Virus record (IMG/VR): IMGVR_UViG_3300015371_000003 | Span: 52,230 to 116,229 of that record | Direction: 5' to 3' (one strand) | Source: a virus | DNA: 64,000 nucleotides | Shown: positions 8,274 to 15,935 of the stretch, one piece after another | Position numbering within the stretch: the stretch's first letter is position 1 | How the letters are laid out: each line of letters begins with the position of its first letter | Translations under genes and position numbers: made by a program | Notes under the pieces: generated by a model | Database searches by the model: none | What the model saw: the letters and a program-made list of their open reading frames with translations, nothing else | Told to the model about the DNA's origin: nothing

Positions 8274-10082
8274 ATGCGGTCGTACCGAGACATTCTCCGG
8301 GGGGCATTGCGTTACGTCCACATCCTCAAGTGGGATGAGTCTAAAATTCACCGTAATCCTGCCGGGAGTCCGGGTAGTTCCGGGGGGCAGTTTGCGAAGA
8401 TGGGGATGCGGGGGAGTGCGTATGGCACGGCTCCGGTGCCCTCCTCTGAAGCTATTGCCCGTATGCCAAGTGGGGCACCGGAAGCGATGGCCCACATGCG
8501 ACGGGCGGGCCTGATCGCACAGCAGGATCGGGAGAAGTATCAGGAATTAGCCGCAGCGGAATCCCAAGCGGTGCGTCAAGGCGGCGGCGTGGCCGGATGG
8601 CGGTCGAGGGATAAAGCCGCAGAGCGGTACAAGGATGTGCTGATCAACCGCCCCCGTGCGGAGAATTTCGAACCACCTCCTCCCCCACCCCCAGAACCCA
8701 CACCAGTACTCACGTCTGGCAGTGCCACCAGTGTCGTGAAGAAATTGGGCGGCAGTTCGAATGCCTGCTACGTCGTCCAGATGGAGGATGGTTCCAAAGC
8801 CTTCTTCAAACCGGAAGCCGGGGAGACGTGGGAAGCCGGGTTCTGCAACAACGACATTTCCACCTACATCACCAATAAAGACTTTTCACTGGCGGAGCGG
8901 GAAGCCACCGCACATGAAGTGTCTATCGCGTTGGGGTTTGGGGAGTTGGTGCCGGAAACCCATCTCCGTGAACACTTCGACGTGCCGGGGATCGATCTAG
9001 CCACCGATGATGAATCCGGCGGCGGTTACGATGAAGACTACGTGCGGAGCCTCTACAACCAGTACCATGAAAAAGCCCAAGAAAAGGCTTTTGATGAGGC
9101 TGGTGAGGAGATGGCGAATCAGTACTATGATGCTCAGCAGGAGCATTTGAGGGATGTCAAGAATCGCGCCGAGGAAATGACGGATATCTGGAATGAGGTA
9201 ATTAAGGAATTTCCAGATGGTCCGGACTACGGATCACAGTCGGCGTTGCAAGAACATCCTCGTCTCCCGCTTGGGTCACAGCACTTCAGCCGCCCCCCGC
9301 AGGTCGGGGTGGTTGATCCACTGGACGTGTTGAAAGAAGCGGATGTGGACATCTCGGCGGCGATGAACAATGAGGAGCGAGAACGGGTTGCGGACGTGTT
9401 CCGTGATCGGTTGAAAGCCGGTCATCAGGAACTAGGCGATGTGGACGAGGAAGCCGCCAAAGACGATCTGGATCGGGATCAGTGGTACGAGGATCACCAA
9501 AATACCGAGGCACGGTTAATCGAAAGCAAAATTCAGTCGTTTGATTCGTGGCGGCATAGTCAGGGTTACGACAGCGGCGATCAAGGAGGGGGCGGCAACG
9601 TCTTCAAGAATTCCGAGGCTCCTCATCCTCACGGCGGATCCCTGCAACGGTGGTTAAACAGCGGAGGCCGCGATGGGGATATGACCCATGAGGAGGCCAC
9701 GCAATTTGCGGTGCTCGATTATGTGTTGGGCACGATGGATCGGCACGGCAACAACATCATGTTCTCCGGTGGGAAAGCCTACGCCATTGATAACGGTTAT
9801 GCCTTCCCCGGCCCGGATACGCCCGATGGGTTTACTTACCGGTCAGATGCCGTACGGGAGTGGATGGGGGATGACCAACACCGCGAAGTCCCCGAAAGCA
9901 CCCGGAATGAAATCTTGGGAGCGATGAATCGGACGGACTGGAAAGCCTTGGTAGACCGTCACCCGAGCATGAGCCGGGAAGAACGGCAGTCGTTTCTGGA
10001 CCGGGTGGACAAGATGAAAGAAGCCCTGTCCTACGCCGAGGGGTTGTCCACCCTCTGGCATGACCAGCAATTGATGTATTGA
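8274..10082 (+). CDS. Tag 5 + HipA/PI3-PI4-kinase-like kinase with large acidic insertion
   Basis: LGGSSN, FFKP, EREA, VPET, GSLQRW, DYVLGTMDRHGNN (9738), AIDNG (9786). Confidence 0.82.
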   Translation: MRSYRDILRGALRYVHILKWDESKIHRNPAGSPGSSGGQFAKMGMRGSAYGTAPVPSSEAIARMPSGAPEAMAHMRRAGLIAQQDREKYQELAAAESQAVRQGGGVAGWRSRDKAAERYKDVLINRPRAENFEPPPPPPPEPTPVLTSGSATSVVKKLGGSSNACYVVQMEDGSKAFFKPEAGETWEAGFCNNDISTYITNKDFSLAEREATAHEVSIALGFGELVPETHLREHFDVPGIDLATDDESGGGYDEDYVRSLYNQYHEKAQEKAFDEAGEEMANQYYDAQQEHLRDVKNRAEEMTDIWNEVIKEFPDGPDYGSQSALQEHPRLPLGSQHFSRPPQVGVVDPLDVLKEADVDISAAMNNEERERVADVFRDRLKAGHQELGDVDEEAAKDDLDRDQWYEDHQNTEARLIESKIQSFDSWRHSQGYDSGDQGGGGNVFKNSEAPHPHGGSLQRWLNSGGRDGDMTHEEATQFAVLDYVLGTMDRHGNNIMFSGGKAYAIDNGYAFPGPDTPDGFTYRSDAVREWMGDDQHREVPESTRNEILGAMNRTDWKALVDRHPSMSREERQSFLDRVDKMKEALSYAEGLSTLWHDQQLMY

Positions 10083-10085
10083 AAC

Positions 10086-10114
10086 TTGACATATCCACCA
10101 TTTGGTGGTAAACT
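10086..10114 (+). promoter_or_regulatory. Sigma70-type promoter for the small downstream gene
   Basis: TTGACA-17 nt-TAAACT with TGn extended -10; CCACCA-TT-TGGTGG palindrome in the spacer. Confidence 0.7.
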
Positions 10115-10134
10115 TACTACATGGGGGGTGTGTG

Positions 10135-10359
10135 ATGCACGTGGAATTGCTGGATGTTTCGTCAGGAAATGAGGAAGTGTACGGCACCGTCCGGATGGAC
10201 AACGGACAGGTGGTAGTCGAAGGGGACGTGCCCGCCCGTGTCAAACGAGATATCGAATTCGAGCGGCGGCACACCGATGTCGGGGACGAAGCGTTTCTTC
10301 TGCGCCTTGAACAGCGGGTGTTCACAGGCCGGTATCTGCGGGCGCGATTCGTGAAATAA
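10135..10359 (+). CDS. Small protein, putative kinase immunity/antitoxin
   Basis: 74 aa directly after the kinase, with its own promoter. Confidence 0.6.
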   Translation: MHVELLDVSSGNEEVYGTVRMDNGQVVVEGDVPARVKRDIEFERRHTDVGDEAFLLRLEQRVFTGRYLRARFVK

Positions 10360-10365
10360 TCCCCC

Positions 10366-13300
10366 ATGCTCCGTATCCACCCGCCGAAGGTGCAACCCAT
10401 TGCACCCTCCCTTCTTGAAGTCCTGAAGTTTGATCCGAGTGAACCTCGTGATCCTCACGGACGATGGACGACTTTCGGCGCGTCCATTCGAGTTGGGGAC
10501 CGAGAGATTGCCGTAGTCAAACCAGCCCGCGCCAGAGACGATCAACTGGTCCCCCTGAACGTCGTCGCATTTGATACCGAATTTCAGCGGGAGCAGGGGT
10601 TTTATCTGGGCGTCGGTGGAATTGGGGGGATCGGCACCCGCTACCAACGTTTCGGGGACTTCATTGCCTCTCATGACAGCATCGAAGCGGCGGAAGTGTC
10701 CGTGCAGGAGAACGGGCGCGTGGGTTTCACCAACGGACGCCACCGGTATGCGTGGCTCCGTGATCAAGGATTGACCACCATTCCCGTAGCCATGACCCCG
10801 GAGTCAGTCAGGAACGCCAAGAAGCATGGGTATCTGGCGGCGGTCAAGCTGGCGTGGGATGAGAGCCAACCTCGTGACGCTAAAGGACGGTGGGCAAAAG
10901 GATCAGCAGAACCTCCACCAGTCGGTCCACGTATTGGATTTGTGGGGCCGGATGGGAAGGAGCATGTTGGACGTAAGACGGGGGGATTAGGAGGGTATTC
11001 CGAAGATCACACGGACACGGCTCGCCGGTTACTAGATAAGGAATACTCCACGGCACTGAGTCAGGCGCAAGCACGTGGTGGGGATTACCCAAATGCCATT
11101 CGTTTGATGTTGGAACAAGGAGCCATTCGGTATTGGGTGCGGAACGGGGAGATTGCGCTGCATTTTCAAGCAGGCCACCCAAAGACCGTCGAACACGTCA
11201 TTCAATTTCTGCATGACAATTTTCAGGATGGGGATCGCATTTATATCGACATCGAAGGGGCCGAACCGCATGTGCATTTTTTCGATAATGTCGGAGCCGC
11301 GAATCGTACTATTCGTCAGACAAAGCCACTCAAGAAGGTGGCGCAAGAGCATTCCTACGGCAACACCCAGATTCAAATTGCTCCGACCAGTGCCGCCGCA
11401 CTTTCTCTGAATATGGCCCGTGCTGCCATCCGCGATGAACATTGCATGGCAACCGGCAAGGATGTGGATCCGAACCATGTGACGGTGCGCTTCGGCCTCC
11501 TGAACGATGATCTGGATGGTCTGCGGTCGTTTATTGTCCGTCAACAGTCCTTCGAAGCTGAGGTCGGAGAGATTGAACTATTCCCGGCCAGTGAGCACAG
11601 CGATGGAGCCGTGCCCGTCGTGGCCCGCATCGTCAGTCCCGAGTTGCATGCCATCGAAGCGGAGATAGGGCAGTATGCCGACTTCAAGGATAAGAATTTC
11701 CCCGAGTACAAACCCCATTGCACCCTTGCCTACGTCCACCCGGACAAAGCGGATTACTACCGTGATCTGTTCGTCAACGGATCGTTCGTGGTGCAGAGCA
11801 TTACCATCAGTCATGCCTCCGGGGTGCAGGAGACGATCCCCTTCGGGATGGCCCAGAAGTGGGACGTGACGAAGCGGGATGGCAAGAGCACCCGCTTTCA
11901 TAATCGTCCGCATTGGGCCGAGAGCCTACACCCACGTCAGCCTGCGGGATCTTCTCGCGGCGGCGAATTCATGTCCACGTTGCATGGTCCTAGAGATGCG
12001 TTGGATTCTCTGCTCAACAAAGAGAAGAACGTCAGCATTGACCGGAATGATGTCCGTCGCTTTCTCGAATTAGCCGGGGAGCAACTGGAAGATCCGGACC
12101 TCACCGATTTGCAAGTCGAGGGGATGGAGATTTTTGGGGGCAATGGTCTGGGCATCAAACGTGATCAGATGCCGCAGATTCCCCGTGAGCATCGGCAACG
12201 ATTTTTGAGAGAGTTGGTGGCGGCGGGTGTCAAGATTACGGAGGAGTCCGTCGATCCCCTCACCCTGAAACCCACCCAGAAGGAAATCTCCGCCCGCCGG
12301 GTGATGGAGAAGATTACCAAGTACGAAACCAAGAACAAAGCCTTTCCTCCCCTCCTCGTCTCTCTGGATGACCGAGTATTAGACGGCCATCATCATTGGG
12401 GCATGATGGCGGCATTTGCGCTGGATGTACCGGAGGCCAAGGTGCCCATCTTCCGGTTGCACATCAAGACCAAAGCCGCCTTGTCCATGATGCACGCTTA
12501 CATGCGAAAGCACCACATCAAGCGGGCGTCGATTACCGGGGAGAAGATTGCAGCGGATCCAGTCACAGGACGCTACGTTACACCTTTCGTCTCTTTCGAA
12601 AAACAAGGCGATGAACAACTCCGGATGATCGCCAGTCTCAATTCCAGCCGGTTGGCGACGTGGGGATTCACGGCAGAGGCCGAAGTCTTGGGGATGGCCC
12701 GGTACAAGTTGACCGCTGTACTGGACGGTCGCACCAGCAAATTCTGCCGGATGATCAACGGACATATCTTCGACGTGCCGGATGCCCGCCGCAAGGTGAT
12801 CGAAGCCCTGAACGTCCAAGACCCGAACGACTTGAAGACGGTGCAGCCGTGGCCCAAGCAAACCAAGGAGGCGATGGCTGAGTACGCCAAGATGAGTCCA
12901 CAGGATTTTGTGGATCGGGGACTGCACATTCCTCCGTATCATCCCCACTGCCGCACGCTCCTCCGCCATGTGCAATCAAGTGCAGGGAAAGCCACCGAAC
13001 CTCCGGTCCCCACCCTCCCTGATGACACCGAGGTGTTCCATCCGATCACCCAAGCGGACTTGAAAGAGTTGGGGGTGGAGGCCACGCCCGAAGAAGTTGC
13101 GTGGTGGAACAGTCAGATTGGGATGAGTCCCACGGAGTTGATCGCCAAGCTCACCGGCATGCCGCCCCAAGAAATTCTGACCAAGGGCAAAGGCATCGGA
13201 GCCAATCCTATTCGCTTCGATGAGGGGGGCGCGGGGAACATCGGCGTCCGAGCCAGAGGCGAACTACCGAGCGGCGTGGAATTCGCCATGGGCGCGATTC

Positions 13301-13773
13301 TCGATCCGTTCACAGGCATTTTCTACTTGTCAGAAGCCGCACTGGAAGTCGGAACACCAGCGGCAGAAATCTCGTTTCTCAAGAATCTGTTCTCGGAGAT
13401 GATCAATACCGGCCTTCGCACGTCAGCGACCGAAGTGGCGGTGGGCGTGGCCGGGAATGCGGCGTATTATGCGAAACTCGGTTTCCTCCCCGATGATTTG
13501 GAGTGGGAGACGCTACGCACGCATACGTTGACGGAGCTAGAGAGCGGTGGATTGCAGGAGATGTTTCAGTCCTTGGCCCCGCTGGATCAGGAACTGGTGA
13601 AGCATCTGTTGCAGGATCAATCCGCGTCAGCCCTTTCCGCATTGGTGGATCTGCCATTCACCTACGAAGGCCGTACATTCGGAGAGTGGATGCTGGAAGA
13701 TGCGGGCGGGACGTGGGGATTGGATCTGACGGATGAGGCGGTAGTGAACCAAGCGAAAGCCTACCTGTCATGA
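10366..13773 (+). CDS. Polyvalent head protein: ParB-like, unknown, Acb1-like 2H phosphoesterase, ParB/Srx-like, MuF C-terminal half, possible GNAT-like domain
   Basis: NGRHR; HVT (11476) and HCT (11716); DGHHHW (12382); LDGRTSKFC..G..F and PPYHPHCRT (12931); YYAKLGF (13465); tags at 10429, 10855, 11914. Confidence 0.85.
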   Translation: MLRIHPPKVQPIAPSLLEVLKFDPSEPRDPHGRWTTFGASIRVGDREIAVVKPARARDDQLVPLNVVAFDTEFQREQGFYLGVGGIGGIGTRYQRFGDFIASHDSIEAAEVSVQENGRVGFTNGRHRYAWLRDQGLTTIPVAMTPESVRNAKKHGYLAAVKLAWDESQPRDAKGRWAKGSAEPPPVGPRIGFVGPDGKEHVGRKTGGLGGYSEDHTDTARRLLDKEYSTALSQAQARGGDYPNAIRLMLEQGAIRYWVRNGEIALHFQAGHPKTVEHVIQFLHDNFQDGDRIYIDIEGAEPHVHFFDNVGAANRTIRQTKPLKKVAQEHSYGNTQIQIAPTSAAALSLNMARAAIRDEHCMATGKDVDPNHVTVRFGLLNDDLDGLRSFIVRQQSFEAEVGEIELFPASEHSDGAVPVVARIVSPELHAIEAEIGQYADFKDKNFPEYKPHCTLAYVHPDKADYYRDLFVNGSFVVQSITISHASGVQETIPFGMAQKWDVTKRDGKSTRFHNRPHWAESLHPRQPAGSSRGGEFMSTLHGPRDALDSLLNKEKNVSIDRNDVRRFLELAGEQLEDPDLTDLQVEGMEIFGGNGLGIKRDQMPQIPREHRQRFLRELVAAGVKITEESVDPLTLKPTQKEISARRVMEKITKYETKNKAFPPLLVSLDDRVLDGHHHWGMMAAFALDVPEAKVPIFRLHIKTKAALSMMHAYMRKHHIKRASITGEKIAADPVTGRYVTPFVSFEKQGDEQLRMIASLNSSRLATWGFTAEAEVLGMARYKLTAVLDGRTSKFCRMINGHIFDVPDARRKVIEALNVQDPNDLKTVQPWPKQTKEAMAEYAKMSPQDFVDRGLHIPPYHPHCRTLLRHVQSSAGKATEPPVPTLPDDTEVFHPITQADLKELGVEATPEEVAWWNSQIGMSPTELIAKLTGMPPQEILTKGKGIGANPIRFDEGGAGNIGVRARGELPSGVEFAMGAILDPFTGIFYLSEAALEVGTPAAEISFLKNLFSEMINTGLRTSATEVAVGVAGNAAYYAKLGFLPDDLEWETLRTHTLTELESGGLQEMFQSLAPLDQELVKHLLQDQSASALSALVDLPFTYEGRTFGEWMLEDAGGTWGLDLTDEAVVNQAKAYLS

Positions 13774-13946
13774 TCAAAGTGAAACCGATTACTTCCCACC
13801 GAGCAGGACCGGCCATCAAACCACTGGTGACGGTGCCTGCCAAGCCTCCGATGGTGAAGCGGTCCTATCAGCAATTGGTCACGCGACAGAACGTCCCTCC
13901 CGAGAGAGCCATATCTCTCCTGTTGAGCTTGCCTAGAGAAAAATAG
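13770..13946 (+). CDS. Small basic 58-aa protein (not in ORF track)
   Basis: ATGA overlap; MIKVKPITSHR...VKRSYQQLV...PREK*. Confidence 0.5.
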   Translation: MIKVKPITSHRAGPAIKPLVTVPAKPPMVKRSYQQLVTRQNVPPERAISLLLSLPREK

Positions 13947-14007
13947 TTGTTGCCTCTCAACCGGTCCTGTAAAATAACGTGCAATCAGTTGCACCGGGAG
14001 AGCCACC

Positions 14008-14526
14008 ATGCCCCTACATACGACCGGATTGACTTCGCGGCACGACCTCGATCATCCGGACGAGAAACCTCCTGCGAAGGCCGATCCGCTGCCCTATGAA
14101 CGGGTGTTGAAGTTCAACCCCAATCATGGGCCGGATGGCCGGTTCACCTCCGGCGGTGGAGGCCGCAGAGGTGGGACGGAAGGTCCACCGCGAGTGGGAG
14201 CCTTCGGGCAGAAGCTGTCTCCGGCGGAGGTTGAGTTTCGGGTTTCTCGCCCGAAAACATATCAAGATCGATTGAAAGGTTCAGCGGCACGAGCCGCGAA
14301 TGATGCGAGGCTGGATCGACAGCAGGCGGAAGTCGCCCGTCAGCAACAAGAATCTCTCGCAGAAGCAACAAGAATTATTTCTGGAGTGACCTATGCCTCA
14401 GCGGGGCGTCAAGCATCGGCCCGCCAGATGCTGAGCAATGCGAGTCTTGCGACTCGTGCGACGACTACCACGCACACGGGTTCGATGGTCGGAGGTGTTC
14501 CCACCAAGCGATCCACTTTCAGCTAA
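14008..14526 (+). CDS. Putative internal head protein with tag 9
   Basis: GGGAG RBS; MPLHTTGLTSR leader; YERVLK-FNPNHGPDGRF. Confidence 0.7.
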   Translation: MPLHTTGLTSRHDLDHPDEKPPAKADPLPYERVLKFNPNHGPDGRFTSGGGGRRGGTEGPPRVGAFGQKLSPAEVEFRVSRPKTYQDRLKGSAARAANDARLDRQQAEVARQQQESLAEATRIISGVTYASAGRQASARQMLSNASLATRATTTTHTGSMVGGVPTKRSTFS

Positions 14527-14538
14527 GGGATTCGGGTC

Positions 14539-14844
14539 ATGCCCATCACTTCCGGGTTTACTACCCGTGCCGCCGCCGCCGAGAAAGGCGAAGGCCATAT
14601 CCACACGGATAAGTGGCATCGCTGTATTGAGCACGTGAAAGGCAAAAGCAGCGGCGTCGATCCCTATGCGGTGTGTACCCACAGCATCGGATATGCGGGA
14701 TCGGTCAATCCTGAACATCGGACGGAAGGACGCCATGCGTCCGCGAATCCCAAGCGGTTCAAGACCAAAGAAGGCCAGCGAAGTGCCCGTGCCCGTGAGA
14801 AAGCCGCGAAACAGTCCTATGCGGAAGTCCTGAAGTTCAAATAG
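14539..14844 (+). CDS. Small basic putative internal head protein
   Basis: MPITSGFTTR leader; KWHRCIEHV..DPYAVC; ends SYAEVLKFK. Confidence 0.7.
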   Translation: MPITSGFTTRAAAAEKGEGHIHTDKWHRCIEHVKGKSSGVDPYAVCTHSIGYAGSVNPEHRTEGRHASANPKRFKTKEGQRSARAREKAAKQSYAEVLKFK

Positions 14845-14847
14845 TCC

Positions 14848-15924
14848 ATGCCGATTACGGAAGGCTTTACCACACGGGGGATGGTCGCCAAAAGTGGCTA
14901 CTCGTGTGTCGGTCCCCCCAAGCAAGGGCACATGGAGAAGCGGGGGCACCAGAAGAAACGGAAAGCCGCCTCCTATCTGGGGGTGTTGAAGTTTGATGAA
15001 AGTGCGGTCAATCGCCAACCAGCGGGTGCTCCCGGTAGCAAAGGCGGAGAATTCGCCCCGAAAGGTCAAGGATTTAAGGGGAGTACCGGCAGCAGAACTG
15101 GTAAAGATTTGACGCCCGCTCAGCGAGCCATGCAGCGGACGTTGAAGGAACAGAGCCGCAAGCGCATCCATAAAGTGGACACCCCCGAACAAGGGGTGGC
15201 GCTGATTCTCAAGGGCGAACGGGTGGAATTACGGGACACCAAAGATGTTCACACGGTCCTCAAAGAACTAGGCGAGATGGCGATCAAAGCCAAGGAAGCC
15301 TGTGGCGGGAAGGAACCGTGTGAAGGCGTCCCCAATTTCGATCCCTGTCTGGTGACGGTCAAAGGCACCAGCTTGTTTTGCTCTGAAAAACTCAAAACGA
15401 AAGAATTTCCTCACGGGATTCCGCGTATTGAGATGCCGCAGTTCAAGTCCAAGAATCCCGTGCCGGGGAGCGAAGCCGATAAACTGCCCCGTGATGCCAA
15501 CGGAGAAGTGGATGCTACGGATGCGTTTCTCAAGCATCTGGATGAAGCAGGTGTGAAAACAAATTCGTATGACACCGTGCTTGCCCGCAAATTGAAGGCG
15601 AGTCAGGCGGAGATGGAAGGCGCGAAAGTCGCCGCCATGATGCTGTCGTCACGGGATCCCAAGAAAGCCCGTATTGTGGTGTCGGCAGACAACTACGTGG
15701 TGGATGGGCACCACACGTGGGCCGCGTCGGTGGGCCGGGATGCTGAGGACGGCAATCTGGACAACGACAAAGAAATGGAAGTGGTCCGGATCAATCTGCC
15801 GATGTCCGACATCTATCAGTTGGCGGTGGAGTGGACCAAGACTTTTGGCATGCCGCAAGCCGGTATCAAAAAGCGTGATTGGTTGAGGGCTGTGCTCACC
15901 TTCGGGCAGGCGTCTCTCAACTGA
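14848..15924 (+). CDS. Tag 10 + ParB/Srx-like domain protein
   Basis: MPITEGFTTR leader; tag at 14992; LKASQ..IVVS.DNYVVDGHHTW (15703); paralogous to the 11971-12540 module. Confidence 0.78.
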   Translation: MPITEGFTTRGMVAKSGYSCVGPPKQGHMEKRGHQKKRKAASYLGVLKFDESAVNRQPAGAPGSKGGEFAPKGQGFKGSTGSRTGKDLTPAQRAMQRTLKEQSRKRIHKVDTPEQGVALILKGERVELRDTKDVHTVLKELGEMAIKAKEACGGKEPCEGVPNFDPCLVTVKGTSLFCSEKLKTKEFPHGIPRIEMPQFKSKNPVPGSEADKLPRDANGEVDATDAFLKHLDEAGVKTNSYDTVLARKLKASQAEMEGAKVAAMMLSSRDPKKARIVVSADNYVVDGHHTWAASVGRDAEDGNLDNDKEMEVVRINLPMSDIYQLAVEWTKTFGMPQAGIKKRDWLRAVLTFGQASLN

Positions 15925-15935
15925 ATGGAGAGCCT

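Larger units (their letters stand above)
4050..15057 (+). repeat. Ten copies of a peptide tag [WF]D(E/P)S..HPR-(DxxG | xPAG..GG)-x[FW]
   Basis: Codon starts 4050, 5321, 6176, 6966, 8331, 10429, 10855, 11914, 14113, 14992; DNA differences between the closest copies are mostly synonymous. Confidence 0.9.

Noticed and set aside
4050-15057. Tag repeats as a CRISPR array or DNA-level repeat element
   Set aside because: Copies are in-frame coding, irregularly spaced by hundreds to thousands of bp, and diverge at synonymous sites.
10471-15924. ParB-like domains plus TGCA boxes as a ParABS partition system
   Set aside because: The domains lack HTH/dimerisation regions, sit in virion cargo proteins, and no ParA was seen in the window.
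3627-15924. Stop-codon reassignment or readthrough joining the cargo ORFs into one protein
   Set aside because: Adjacent ORFs mostly change frame, overlap via ATGA/TAATG or have their own RBS; core genes terminate normally with TAA, TAG and TGA.
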